A stretch of 53,902 nt of DNA. Source: Candidatus Hydrogenedentota bacterium (GTDB lineage Bacteria > Hydrogenedentota > Hydrogenedentia > Hydrogenedentales > SLHB01). The notes under the pieces are model-generated. The model was not told the DNA's origin, made no database searches, and saw nothing but the letters and a program-made list of their open reading frames with translations. How positions within the stretch are numbered: the stretch's first letter is position 1; every line of letters starts with the position of its first letter. The stretch is taken from NCBI GenBank assembly GCA_045863335.1, contig BTVY01000050.1, positions 1 to 53,902 on the forward strand, given 5' to 3'. Both the position numbers and the translations under genes were made by a program. Positions 36,412-45,951 of the stretch are shown here, piece by piece.

Positions 36412-37770
36412 CTAGCGCCGCAAGTACTCGTCCAGTACTCGGCACATATCGCGATAGGCCCCGGCCAGATCGCGCTCGTTCCTTGGTTTTGCCTGTTCCG
36501 CCCGGGCGATGGCCTCCATCCGATGTATCGGTTCCGAGAGCGCGTCTCGCCGGGCGCCAATCGCATGTTTGTACTGGGCGAGACAAACCTCGAGCAGGTC
36601 CTTTGCCGGAACGCTTCGCCGAATCAGGTTCGCGAATCCTGCCGCCGAATCTCGGCCCACCGCATGCCGTGCGTCCGATGGCCGCGCATCGTCATATGGC
36701 GGCACGAACGACACGCCATTCTTCCAAATGTAGAGGATGGCCAGTCCGATCAGCGCCCAGAATACGCCGTAGAGACCATAGCCTCGAATGAGCGTCATAA
36801 TACCGGGCGCGCGCGCGACGCCATGGACCGATTCCTCGAACACGATACGATTGTGCGGGCCGATGAGCCAAGCCAGCAAGGCCGGATGACGCTCCTTCTG
36901 AAGCGCCTCGTTGCTCAGGAAATACGAATCCGAGATGAACACCATGGTGCCCGCGCCGAAAGGACGCTCGACGATCAGCGGTTTTTCGTCCCGGGCATAG
37001 ATCGTATTCCATTCGTCGCTGAGTTCGTCGAACCAGATCACGTTGTGCCAAGTCACCGACTCGGGCAACGCCATGTCCGTGGCGCGCGTGGCTGTATAGG
37101 CCTTCATTCGCTCAAAATCGTCGATCTGGACGGTGTCGAACTCCAGCCGGACGCCCCAGCGCTCGGGCATATTGACCCGGGCATAAAGCGCATCGTAGGG
37201 ATCGCGTGAATCCGCATCTTCGGTGGCGGGTCCGTTATCGGGTTGATCGGACCGATCGGTCGGATCAGTCGGATCAGTAGCTTCCGCCGGCTCCTCGGAA
37301 ACCTCCTCTTCGCCGGTGCGGCGGTCCCGCATGCGCTCGATACGTTCCTCGCGGGCTTCCCAAATCTCGTACGCTTCGCGAAGGTCCTCGTGCGTGGGCT
37401 CAAAGGCCACAACAATGCGCCCGCCGCGTTGTGCGATCTGCTCCATGCCCTGCGCGATTTCGATGGGCATATGATCGGGGTCGTAGGCATTCACCCCGAG
37501 AAACAGCCACGTGGATTCGAGGTTTCCGGTTGTCTTTGCCACGGAATCCCGCGAGAACGGTTCCATGTGGCGCTGCACACTCACGCCGGGCACGGTAGAC
37601 AAGGACTCGTACAAGGCCCGCGTGCCCAAGGGGTCGGCGCGCAACGAGGAATACGGCGGATAGACGTCGCCCCGGGCGAACTGGAGGACATACAGCTCCA
37701 CCACGCCGTAGCCAAAGGCCACGAACAGCGCCAGAATCGCCAGATTGATCCATTTACGGCTTTTCGGCAA
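36412..37770 (-). CDS. DUF4350-domain membrane-anchored protein
   Basis: N-terminal TM, YSSLRADPLGTRALYE, GAGTMVFISD..SNEAL, VFEESVHG, second TM; start uncertain. Confidence 0.75.
   Translation of the reverse strand: MPKSRKWINLAILALFVAFGYGVVELYVLQFARGDVYPPYSSLRADPLGTRALYESLSTVPGVSVQRHMEPFSRDSVAKTTGNLESTWLFLGVNAYDPDHMPIEIAQGMEQIAQRGGRIVVAFEPTHEDLREAYEIWEAREERIERMRDRRTGEEEVSEEPAEATDPTDPTDRSDQPDNGPATEDADSRDPYDALYARVNMPERWGVRLEFDTVQIDDFERMKAYTATRATDMALPESVTWHNVIWFDELSDEWNTIYARDEKPLIVERPFGAGTMVFISDSYFLSNEALQKERHPALLAWLIGPHNRIVFEESVHGVARAPGIMTLIRGYGLYGVFWALIGLAILYIWKNGVSFVPPYDDARPSDARHAVGRDSAAGFANLIRRSVPAKDLLEVCLAQYKHAIGARRDALSEPIHRMEAIARAEQAKPRNERDLAGAYRDMCRVLDEYLRR
37245..37280. repeat. In-frame 9-bp tandem repeat x4
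   Basis: gatcggacc gatcggtcg gatcagtcg gatcagtag; encodes TDPTDPTDRSD on the minus strand. Confidence 0.65.
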
Positions 37771-39526
37771 GAGCCCGCATCCTGTTCTGGTTTTCGTCAA
37801 AGGTTCGGACCAGTTCGGGTCCGGCCTCGTGACGGCCGTACCATACCCGTTCAAACAGCAGTACGTTCTTCGAGAAAATGTCCAGAATCTCCGGCTCTGC
37901 GTGCGCGCGCCGGGCAAGTTCGCGCAGGTACTCCCGGTTGGACTTATACTTCGCGATGCGGATCATTTCATTGCGGGCCAAGAGCGCCAATCCCGCCAGG
38001 AAAAACGCGCGCATGGCAAGCCTGCATTCGCCTTTCTCCATCAGCTCCCGCGCCAGGGCCAGCCAGCCGTCCTCCGGCAGGGCGTCCGCGACCACGTCCT
38101 CCGACTCGATATCGGGAACCTGCAAGACCGGCTGTGCCTCCATCTCCACGGTGGGGAGACGACGGCGTTGCCAGGCCCGAAAAAGTGCGATCGCAAGCAC
38201 AATGGCGAGCACGGCGATCAGTCCGTACATCGTCCAGAGCGGCGCGCCGCGCCACCCGCCCCATGACGCATCTGGCGCCTCACCGGTACGGTCGGGGAAC
38301 CAACTTCTGATCCAGTCCCAAATCGATCTTAGCCAACCCCGAACAGTCCGAAGCATGTTCGATAACTTCTGCTCGACCCATTCCATGACCACGGTGAGCA
38401 TGCTTTTTTCATCGTTGGGATCGATCTCGCGGTCCAGCCGCCACGCGTATTCCCGTTGCTGCAACACCCGGTCGATGGACTCGCTCAGGTCGTCCGGAGA
38501 CACCGCGGTTTCCTGGGCGTGCGCCAACGGTGCAGCGGCGAAAGCAAGCAAACCGATTCCCAGCACCAGCAGAACCTGCAGGCCGCGTTGCGCAGCGTCG
38601 CGCACGATCCGGCGCAGACCGACCTTCAGATCCTCGCCCGTTTGCAACGACTCGCCCTGAAAGCACCGCATGGCGTAGGCCGTCTTCTGCACGGGATCGA
38701 GGATGAGGTAGACGATGACGCAGACAATAGCGTAGAACGTGGAATCGCCGATGCCCCATCCCATGGCGAGCACATTCTCGATACCGAAGACCCTTTCGAG
38801 AATCGCAGGCACCTGGCCGATCAGCGCGCCGGTGTTCACCGCAAGCATGATTCCCAGGGGACTGAACGGGACCATAAGGGCCGTGAACAACATCGTGTAG
38901 ACGCTGAGCAGGCCACTGGTCCACATCGGCGTGGTAGCTTCGGCAACGGGACTGATCACGAGGATCAGCGCCGCCGCCATTACCATTAGCCCTGGGCTGA
39001 GTAGCCAGACCAGCGCGCTGCATTGACGCGGCCACAGTTTCATCTGCCGATACGCACGGCCGCATAATTTCCCAAGGTCTGCGTCGTCGCCATCGCCCAG
39101 CACCGTCACATTCTGATACCAGCCCTGAACCCAGATGTACGGGAGAACGGTCATCATCGCCGCAGGCAGCACGAGCAGGCCGGTGGACTGAAGAATCGTC
39201 TGCGTCACCACGACTCTTCCCACGCGGCGAACGGTCCAGGGGGGCGGGCTGTCATCGCACAATCGGGCACGCACGAGCGTGCCGAACACCGATTGCCACG
39301 TCTTCATCCATGCGAAGAGAACGGCCAGCCCCAGCGCGCCGCCGACGGACCGGTATTCGGAATAGGCGCCCTTACTCATGTCGACCCAGAAGTAAAGCAG
39401 CGCGAGCACGAAAGGCAACGCGCCGGCGTAATACGCCCCGAGCACGTAGAGCGGAGAGGTGCGCAGCAGATGCACCGACTCTTCGATGATTTCGAGCGCG
39501 GGCGCGCCTTGGGTGCGGCGTTTCAT
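37754..39526 (-). CDS. Polytopic membrane protein with C-terminal DUF4129
   Basis: Multi-TM N-terminus, GEDL motif, C-terminal RLAMRAFFLA..KSNREY..FERVWYG. Confidence 0.75.
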   Translation of the reverse strand: MKRRTQGAPALEIIEESVHLLRTSPLYVLGAYYAGALPFVLALLYFWVDMSKGAYSEYRSVGGALGLAVLFAWMKTWQSVFGTLVRARLCDDSPPPWTVRRVGRVVVTQTILQSTGLLVLPAAMMTVLPYIWVQGWYQNVTVLGDGDDADLGKLCGRAYRQMKLWPRQCSALVWLLSPGLMVMAAALILVISPVAEATTPMWTSGLLSVYTMLFTALMVPFSPLGIMLAVNTGALIGQVPAILERVFGIENVLAMGWGIGDSTFYAIVCVIVYLILDPVQKTAYAMRCFQGESLQTGEDLKVGLRRIVRDAAQRGLQVLLVLGIGLLAFAAAPLAHAQETAVSPDDLSESIDRVLQQREYAWRLDREIDPNDEKSMLTVVMEWVEQKLSNMLRTVRGWLRSIWDWIRSWFPDRTGEAPDASWGGWRGAPLWTMYGLIAVLAIVLAIALFRAWQRRRLPTVEMEAQPVLQVPDIESEDVVADALPEDGWLALARELMEKGECRLAMRAFFLAGLALLARNEMIRIAKYKSNREYLRELARRAHAEPEILDIFSKNVLLFERVWYGRHEAGPELVRTFDENQNRMRALAEKP

Positions 39527-39849
39527 TCTTCCTCCCAGTCGTCGACGACCCACAGCGAATTAAAATGCGTCGTGGATGGCACGTTCAGGAGGGCTTGGCC
39601 CATCAGAAAAAAGAACACCCAAAGCAATACGAGGCACACGAAAAACTGCGCGCCGCGCCACACGGCAAACAGCCGTTTCGATCCCGTGGACTTCTCGTCG
39701 GCCAGCTTTCGCAGGCATGAAGCGCAGATCATCCGGTCTTCATGCTCGGTCACACACTCGCGGCAGTAGAACCTGCGGCATTCCGGGCATCGCGCGACCG
39801 CCTCGCGAAGCGCGTGGTTGAGGCATCGTTGTTGTGCCAGAGTGGACAC
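39523..39849 (-). CDS. B-box-type zinc finger membrane protein
   Basis: CLNH-x8-CPEC-x4-CREC-x9-CASC followed by one TM helix. Confidence 0.8.
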   Translation of the reverse strand: MSTLAQQRCLNHALREAVARCPECRRFYCRECVTEHEDRMICASCLRKLADEKSTGSKRLFAVWRGAQFFVCLVLLWVFFFLMGQALLNVPSTTHFNSLWVVDDWEEE

Positions 39850-39852
39850 GGC

Positions 39853-40914
39853 CTACTCCTGCTCCGGCGCAGCGACGGGGTTCTGTGTACCCATCGCGGT
39901 TTCGCGCCGGGTGCGATTCCGGTAGTCCCAGAGCATACGAAATCCGAACACGCTCAAGATGATGTCGAACACGATGGAAATGGCGCTGACAATTTGCCGC
40001 AGCCGCATCTGCAGGGTTTCGATTCCCGGCGGGATATCCTCGCCACCCATCTCGGCGCCGATTTGATTGACAAACATGAAGGCATAGTAAAACAAGACCA
40101 CGAGACAGACATACACAAAAGTAACCCACGTCACATTTCGCAGTTGCCGGGGAATCGTGCTGTTGATTTGTTTGACCAACGCAGCCACCGTGAGCCCGAT
40201 CACGAGCACGAGCATCAGCAGTCCAAGCGGCACGGGGATCATCTGCGGTTGAATCAGGGCGACGAGGCTGACCGCCGCATCGACAATCAGTGCGGAAAAG
40301 AGGGCCGCATGGACCGTCCCTGCGTCCTGGCGTAAGGGATGCCGGCCGGAATGATTTGGCGCCGCTCCGGCAGCGGACGCCATTCTTGGCTCGGACAAAC
40401 GCCCTTGCGTAACGCTCAGTTCGTCCAATTGCGCATCGGCGAGCCGGCCCCCTTGCGCTGCTTCAACGAGCGGGCGGAGCTGCTCAATCGCGCGCCGGGC
40501 GGTTCGAATGCGCCCAAGTGCGTACAGTTCCTCACAATTCACGGCCGTGTACAAATAACAGCGGCAGGTCGGGCCTAGAAGAATGTTCACGAAGAACAAC
40601 AGGATCCACACGATCCCGATGCCCCCGACGATAGCCGTTGGCAACGGCGTCCAGTCCAGGAGCAAATAGCCGAGCACGGCCCAGAGCGCGAAAAAACCAG
40701 CCAGGATCGCGAGGATGACGCCCAACAATACGCCCAAGGACGACCGCGTCACAGTAATCGCTTGAATGTCCTGGAAGTAGAACCGCTTGTAGCGTTCGGT
40801 CAAGAACTGCGAAGCAATCACGAGTATGTGATCCGTCCCCAGCCACAGACGCTGCGACACGAATCGGCGAACCGAGCCGCCCGTAACGCGTCTATACGTG
40901 TGCTCGCCCGCCAT
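39853..40914 (-). CDS. Uncharacterised membrane protein (about 6 TM)
   Basis: Coupled to neighbours; soluble LWLGTDHILV..ERYKRFYFQDIQAI segment plus TM pairs; ATG at 40914. Confidence 0.7.
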   Translation of the reverse strand: MAGEHTYRRVTGGSVRRFVSQRLWLGTDHILVIASQFLTERYKRFYFQDIQAITVTRSSLGVLLGVILAILAGFFALWAVLGYLLLDWTPLPTAIVGGIGIVWILLFFVNILLGPTCRCYLYTAVNCEELYALGRIRTARRAIEQLRPLVEAAQGGRLADAQLDELSVTQGRLSEPRMASAAGAAPNHSGRHPLRQDAGTVHAALFSALIVDAAVSLVALIQPQMIPVPLGLLMLVLVIGLTVAALVKQINSTIPRQLRNVTWVTFVYVCLVVLFYYAFMFVNQIGAEMGGEDIPPGIETLQMRLRQIVSAISIVFDIILSVFGFRMLWDYRNRTRRETAMGTQNPVAAPEQE

Positions 40915-41510
40915 TAGCGCATGGCCTCCATGACGATCATTGTGACGAACAAACCGATGGTGGTGAGTTGAAGGACGCTCAGGACGAACGCGACCACAAA
41001 TCGCCACCGCATGGGGCGCACCGGGCCCAAGGGGGTGCTCCAGTGCCGAAGCGTTACGAACATGGCGGCGGGCGCGGTGAAGATGACGAAGTAGATCATC
41101 GGGATGAAAAAGACGATGGGAAGCAGCGAAAGGCCCAATGCCAGACGGTCGTATCGCATGCGCTCGTTTTCGAGCTGCTCCATCTTGCCCTTAGTCTTTC
41201 CGGCCTCGATGCAGGAAGGGCAGATATGCTGGTTATTGAATTCGATATCGCACAGTGCGCACAGGAAGCGACCGCAGACGTCGCACGGGACTACCGCCTT
41301 CTTGCCGGCGTGATAGAAGCAACTGCTTTCGTCGTCAAACAGAATCCGTTCCCCGGAATGGCCCGCAGTCCGTTCGCGAAAGAGAGCCGGAAAGGCGATC
41401 GCTTCGATCGGCGCGCCGCACTGCGCGCACGGCACCGGCGCCGGCCCGTTTACCGCCTCGACCGGAACCGGCGTGTCGCATGTGCCGCATGTGAGAACTG
41501 CTGCCTGCAT
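40914..41510 (-). CDS. Zinc-ribbon plus B-box zinc finger membrane protein
   Basis: CGTC..CAQC, then CFYH-x8-CDVC-x4-CALC-x9-CPSC, then 2-3 TM helices. Confidence 0.8.
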   Translation of the reverse strand: MQAAVLTCGTCDTPVPVEAVNGPAPVPCAQCGAPIEAIAFPALFRERTAGHSGERILFDDESSCFYHAGKKAVVPCDVCGRFLCALCDIEFNNQHICPSCIEAGKTKGKMEQLENERMRYDRLALGLSLLPIVFFIPMIYFVIFTAPAAMFVTLRHWSTPLGPVRPMRWRFVVAFVLSVLQLTTIGLFVTMIVMEAMR

Positions 41511-41520
41511 TTGCTCGCCG

Positions 41521-42285
41521 TTAAATGCGGATGACGCGTGTATCGCAGATGTGATCGTGCAACCCGCGTTTCTCATCGTCAAACGCCACGATGATGACGC
41601 CGATATAGCAGATTAGATAGCTCAAGTACTTCGCCCAATGGCGCCCAAAGGCCCGGAGGTACGTGAGCGAATCGCCATCCGACCGAACGACCTTGATTCC
41701 GCAGACCATCTTGCCCGGGGTCTGCCCCATCTTTCCGATGAAGTACGTCTCGTACGCCATGGGGATCGCAAAGCTCAGAAGATAAAGCAACGCGATCAGC
41801 AGCCCAACCACGGGGTTGACAGTATCGGAGTCCATCGACGTGACAAGTAGTTGAATCAGGATGGATATGATCATATTGGGAACGAACAGGATGATGCCGT
41901 CAATGATCGCCGCGCCCACGCGAATCCAGAAACCGGCGTATTCCATGGCCCCTCCGACGAGGCCGCCTTCTTTGAGCTGCTGGAAGAATATGGGCTTGCA
42001 TTCCGCGCAGATATAGCTGCCCTGATATTCGATTACTTCCTCGGAAGGAAACGTCCGGCCACACGAGGAGCACACGGTCATAGGGGATGCGGAAAAATCG
42101 TGAGGCTGCGGCACCGACCCCGCCGGAGTCTGCCCCGCTACGGACCCGTAGGGGGCCCAGTTTTGCATGCCTTCCCGCCACACGAGTGTTTCCGCGGTAA
42201 TTGAACCTTGGTGGACCAGTTGCTGAAAGGCCTCGTCCGAGAGCGGACCGACTCGTTCATCTCCCTGCGCGTAGTACCATGCCAT
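41521..42285 (-). CDS. GYF_2 (DUF4339) plus zinc ribbon plus RDD protein
   Basis: WYY..GPLS..ITAETLVWREGMQNW; CSSC..CAEC; YAGFWIRVGAAIID..GQTPGK..RGLHD. Confidence 0.88.
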   Translation of the reverse strand: MAWYYAQGDERVGPLSDEAFQQLVHQGSITAETLVWREGMQNWAPYGSVAGQTPAGSVPQPHDFSASPMTVCSSCGRTFPSEEVIEYQGSYICAECKPIFFQQLKEGGLVGGAMEYAGFWIRVGAAIIDGIILFVPNMIISILIQLLVTSMDSDTVNPVVGLLIALLYLLSFAIPMAYETYFIGKMGQTPGKMVCGIKVVRSDGDSLTYLRAFGRHWAKYLSYLICYIGVIIVAFDDEKRGLHDHICDTRVIRI

Positions 42286-42546
42286 GTCGCATTCCCCTTG
42301 TAGACCCGTAGCCCTGCTTCAAATCAGGAAGAACGGGGACACTAACCATGTTGTGTGAACGGAGTTCCGTGTATCCTCAGTCTATCTGCCCAAGAAAGGC
42401 AATTGTCCCCAAATGCCCCGTCCAGTGTAACTGCTTCACATACTACACGTTCCGATATCTGGCCAGCATAGACGAACGCAGGACCCTTCTCAACCGGCAT
42501 GCATCATATCATGCCGCGCCGCGCCCCGAAAATGGAATCACGCGGC

Positions 42547-44514
42547 TTAAGCGCCGCACGCAATTACAGTTGTGAGGATCGTGTTTGCTGCGTCCAGGGT
42601 ATCGTTGGGCCGGGCGCCCTTCGGCCGCAGCAACAGGGTGCGCAAGGGGTCCCTCAACTCCTCCAATCCCCTTGGATTGTCGCGCCAAATAAACGCGAGG
42701 TTGAGGGCGGTCTGCAATCCCTCGGCCAGAGGCAATCCTTCGATCTTCGCAAGGGCATTTCTGGCCGGAATTTCCCATCGAGGGTCGTCTAGCGGGAGGA
42801 CGCCTGCCGCCCAGAATGGGAGTGGATCGTCCGTTATCCACTGGCCAGCCGACGACAATGCCCGGGTCTTCAGGACCCGCTCCAACTCGGTCACGCGGCG
42901 AGCCCATTCCGGCCGCTCGTTGCCCGTTTCCTGCGCCAGAACGGAAGCGCTACTGAGTCCCAGGCGGCACGCAATGAGAAACTCGGCCGTGTCGTCTTCT
43001 TTCAGACGTTGAGGGTCGAAGGAATACGGCGTCGCGCCTGACGGGTCGGAGCGAAGCGTCAGGAATGTGGCCATGCGTTCGACCATGGGCCATGTCTGCT
43101 TCTGGAAAGCACCCTTTGCTTCAGCGTCCAGGAACCCCGCGTGCTGTTCGATTGCCCAAAGCAGCCAGCCAACGGACGTGCCGTCAAGGACAACACGAGG
43201 CAGCCCGTCGGAGCCATCGCCGTGAAGGGCGGCGGGAAGTGAACCAGCCGGCATACCGGGCCGGTCCGTCGTGCGTACGTTGGAGAGCAAAAACGACAAA
43301 TGCCGCTCCGCCATTTCGGTCAATCCCAGGTAATCCAGCGCCAGGCCTGCCCAAATGCTGTGGCGCGGGTAATCCAGCGACAACAAGGGCTGCGAACCCG
43401 GCGCACGAATAATGGCGCCGCTCTCCTGGCTGGTGGCGATGGATATCGTGGTCAATGCCTGCACCAGCGGATCCCTGAACTCGGGAAAACGCGGCGAAAC
43501 CTGAAGTGCGGCGCCCGCGAGCACAGGCGCCCACGCCGACTCCGTCTCGGCCCGCAGACTGGCGTATCCCGTATCGCTCGCATAGGCCAACGTCGCCTCG
43601 ACCTCCTCGCGCGTCGAACCAAACGCCAGGTACTGAACAGCGTATCGCTCGCGCTCCGCGGTCTCCAGTTTGGGCAGAGCGGCGGAGGCGCAATCACCGG
43701 CCGCGGAAAGGGAAGGAGGCAAATCTTCGTACGCGAAGGGGGGCCGGCCAGCCGGCATATCCGAGTTGGAAAAGCAGCGCGCATCTGAATGCCCCGCAGC
43801 GAAACGGTAGGCAATCCAGACTCCCTCCCGCTGAAGCGCTTCCGGCGCGGGCGATTCGTGCTGGAGCGCCCAACGCCGCGCCGCGAGCCAATCGTGCGAT
43901 GTCAATCCGGCCGGCCGAACGTGATAGACGGTTGCCCCTTCGACGAAGGACGCGAAATCCGTCGCACCCGCGCGAAGGAACTCGAGAAACGGAACTTCCG
44001 GAATCACTGCGGTCGCCGGTGCGGCGTCGGCCAGAAGAACGAGGTCGCCGTCGACCGCTGATGAGATAGCCACGCGGGACACGAGCAGGTCGTACTCGGA
44101 ATGGACGAAGGTCTCTTGGACGATCGAGCCCGGAATACCCGCAATCGTGCACTGCGTCCGTACGAACGGGCCTGCTTCGGAAACCGTTTGAGCAACCACT
44201 TCATAGCCGCTGCCGTCCAACCATTCGACGTCATCAACGGTGCGGATTCCCCACACAAGCCCGTGGCCTCCTTCGCTTGTGCGGTCAGGCGTCGGGGCGT
44301 TGAGGTGGTTGGCATACCCCGGGCCCGGCCAACAACAGGCCGCGATCCGGCCGTACGCATCCACACCTATGGTCAGCCGCCCGTTGCCTGAAATGGTTCG
44401 GCAGACAGGCGGCCCGCCGAGCGTTTCAAGAAATCCATAGGGCGCCGCAAGGCAGGGGAACGCGAGGACCAGGACCAGCCACGCGCGCGCGCAGGGCCGG
44501 AAACTAGTCCTCAT
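42547..44514 (-). CDS. GH15/glucoamylase-like six-hairpin protein (catalytic motifs degenerate)
   Basis: Signal peptide; SGNGRLTIGVD..WPG N-terminal domain; SGAIIRAP, YPRH, LDGT..LLWA; start uncertain. Confidence 0.55.
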   Translation of the reverse strand: MRTSFRPCARAWLVLVLAFPCLAAPYGFLETLGGPPVCRTISGNGRLTIGVDAYGRIAACCWPGPGYANHLNAPTPDRTSEGGHGLVWGIRTVDDVEWLDGSGYEVVAQTVSEAGPFVRTQCTIAGIPGSIVQETFVHSEYDLLVSRVAISSAVDGDLVLLADAAPATAVIPEVPFLEFLRAGATDFASFVEGATVYHVRPAGLTSHDWLAARRWALQHESPAPEALQREGVWIAYRFAAGHSDARCFSNSDMPAGRPPFAYEDLPPSLSAAGDCASAALPKLETAERERYAVQYLAFGSTREEVEATLAYASDTGYASLRAETESAWAPVLAGAALQVSPRFPEFRDPLVQALTTISIATSQESGAIIRAPGSQPLLSLDYPRHSIWAGLALDYLGLTEMAERHLSFLLSNVRTTDRPGMPAGSLPAALHGDGSDGLPRVVLDGTSVGWLLWAIEQHAGFLDAEAKGAFQKQTWPMVERMATFLTLRSDPSGATPYSFDPQRLKEDDTAEFLIACRLGLSSASVLAQETGNERPEWARRVTELERVLKTRALSSAGQWITDDPLPFWAAGVLPLDDPRWEIPARNALAKIEGLPLAEGLQTALNLAFIWRDNPRGLEELRDPLRTLLLRPKGARPNDTLDAANTILTTVIACGA

Positions 44515-45940
44515 GCGACGAATCGGGTTCGAACAGCATTCCATCGAGTTCGAGCCATCCATCCGCGAGCACGATGCCGTCCACGCGCAAAGTTCCGAGT
44601 GTGCCAATTGCATCGAGAATCGGGGAAACCTTGTCTTGCACTTCCGCGCCGCTGGTTTCAGGCCAGAGTCCGCGGGACGCTGCATTCAGAACGACGTCCA
44701 GCGCAATGGCTGCGGCAGGGGCCCAGGACACCCGAAGCGTGGCATCCACGTTCGGCGCAGTCGTAGGACCTGCCGTAAGCGTGCCGGCGAGGGCCGCCAT
44801 GGCGGGTTCGTTCAGTGTGGCGATGTAGTCGTGGCCGTACCGCCCGAGGCATGGGGACAGGTTTTCGCCCAGCCAGGGGAAATACAAACCCGGTTCGCCC
44901 TGCCATTCGTAATCGACGGAGAGCAGCCCGTCAACGATCGGCCGCAAGGGATGATTCCCGGCAACGGGCGCACCCTCACGCATGACTAGTGCGAGGTCGG
45001 GAATGGGGACGAAACCCGATACGTCCGCGCCCCGGAGGGCGAGGCTGAACTGCGTTGCATGACTATCCCAGCCGGAAGGAAGGGGCTGTAGGTCCCAGTG
45101 GTGCAGGGCTTCCCGCAGGGCAGTTTTCGATTGTATCCAGGGTTCGAATTGTTCAAGCGCAGCATCAGCGACCGAGCCCACGGTTCGGAGATCGTCCCAG
45201 GATCGCACCGTCAGTGCCGCGGCGGGAGGGGAAGGCCACGCGTTCGTTAAACTCAGGGGTACGGCGCCGTCCGTGAGCGCCAGCTTCACGCGACCGTCGA
45301 CCGGAAGCGCTGGACCAGTCGAAACGCGCAGGTAGCCTTCATGGTCGCCGAACCAATGGAACGCCAGGTCGCCCTCCGCACCGGAACGCAGCGTTGTCTG
45401 CACGCCACGCTGGACGCAGGCCTGTACGTATGCGCGATCGGGTGAAAACACGAGGAACCCGTCGCGCCACGCATAGTGAATGTCATTGAATTCACCGATC
45501 CCGGATTCATCGACGCCGAGCCCCAGCGGCTGCACTACGTAGGCCGCGGCGCGCAGTAGGATGCCCGGATACACACAGTATCCGATGCCGTCCGGGGATT
45601 GGGCGGCGGTGAACCGTTCTCCCAGCCAGATGCGCCAACGCGTGGGCGTGGGTCGAATGCCCGTAGCCAATCGCACGGCAAGCTCCAGTTCGCCCTGGGG
45701 GCGGGGCCAGTTTTCCTGGACGCGGGTGAATACGTCGCCCGCTTCGAGATCGCGCCAGAACCTGGGGAAATCACCCGTTGACAGGACCCAAGTGGCATTC
45801 GCCGGTCGAACCCCGTGCAGCGGAGCCGTGTCCAGCAGGCGCCGGTCGAGAATCGTGATGGCGGCGACGACCAATCCCAGGGCGGCGAGCATGCGCCACC
45901 CGCCAAGGCTCGAGCGAAATCCGTTGAAAAGGCGCGTCAA
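44504..45940 (-). CDS. Hypothetical exported/membrane-anchored protein
   Basis: 478-aa ORF in operon orientation with N-terminal TM; no family recognised. Confidence 0.65.
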   Translation of the reverse strand: MTRLFNGFRSSLGGWRMLAALGLVVAAITILDRRLLDTAPLHGVRPANATWVLSTGDFPRFWRDLEAGDVFTRVQENWPRPQGELELAVRLATGIRPTPTRWRIWLGERFTAAQSPDGIGYCVYPGILLRAAAYVVQPLGLGVDESGIGEFNDIHYAWRDGFLVFSPDRAYVQACVQRGVQTTLRSGAEGDLAFHWFGDHEGYLRVSTGPALPVDGRVKLALTDGAVPLSLTNAWPSPPAAALTVRSWDDLRTVGSVADAALEQFEPWIQSKTALREALHHWDLQPLPSGWDSHATQFSLALRGADVSGFVPIPDLALVMREGAPVAGNHPLRPIVDGLLSVDYEWQGEPGLYFPWLGENLSPCLGRYGHDYIATLNEPAMAALAGTLTAGPTTAPNVDATLRVSWAPAAAIALDVVLNAASRGLWPETSGAEVQDKVSPILDAIGTLGTLRVDGIVLADGWLELDGMLFEPDSSHED

Positions 45941-45951
45941 GGGCGCGAATC

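Noticed and set aside
35394-36791. 465-aa plus-strand ORF
   Set aside because: Antisense shadow of moxR
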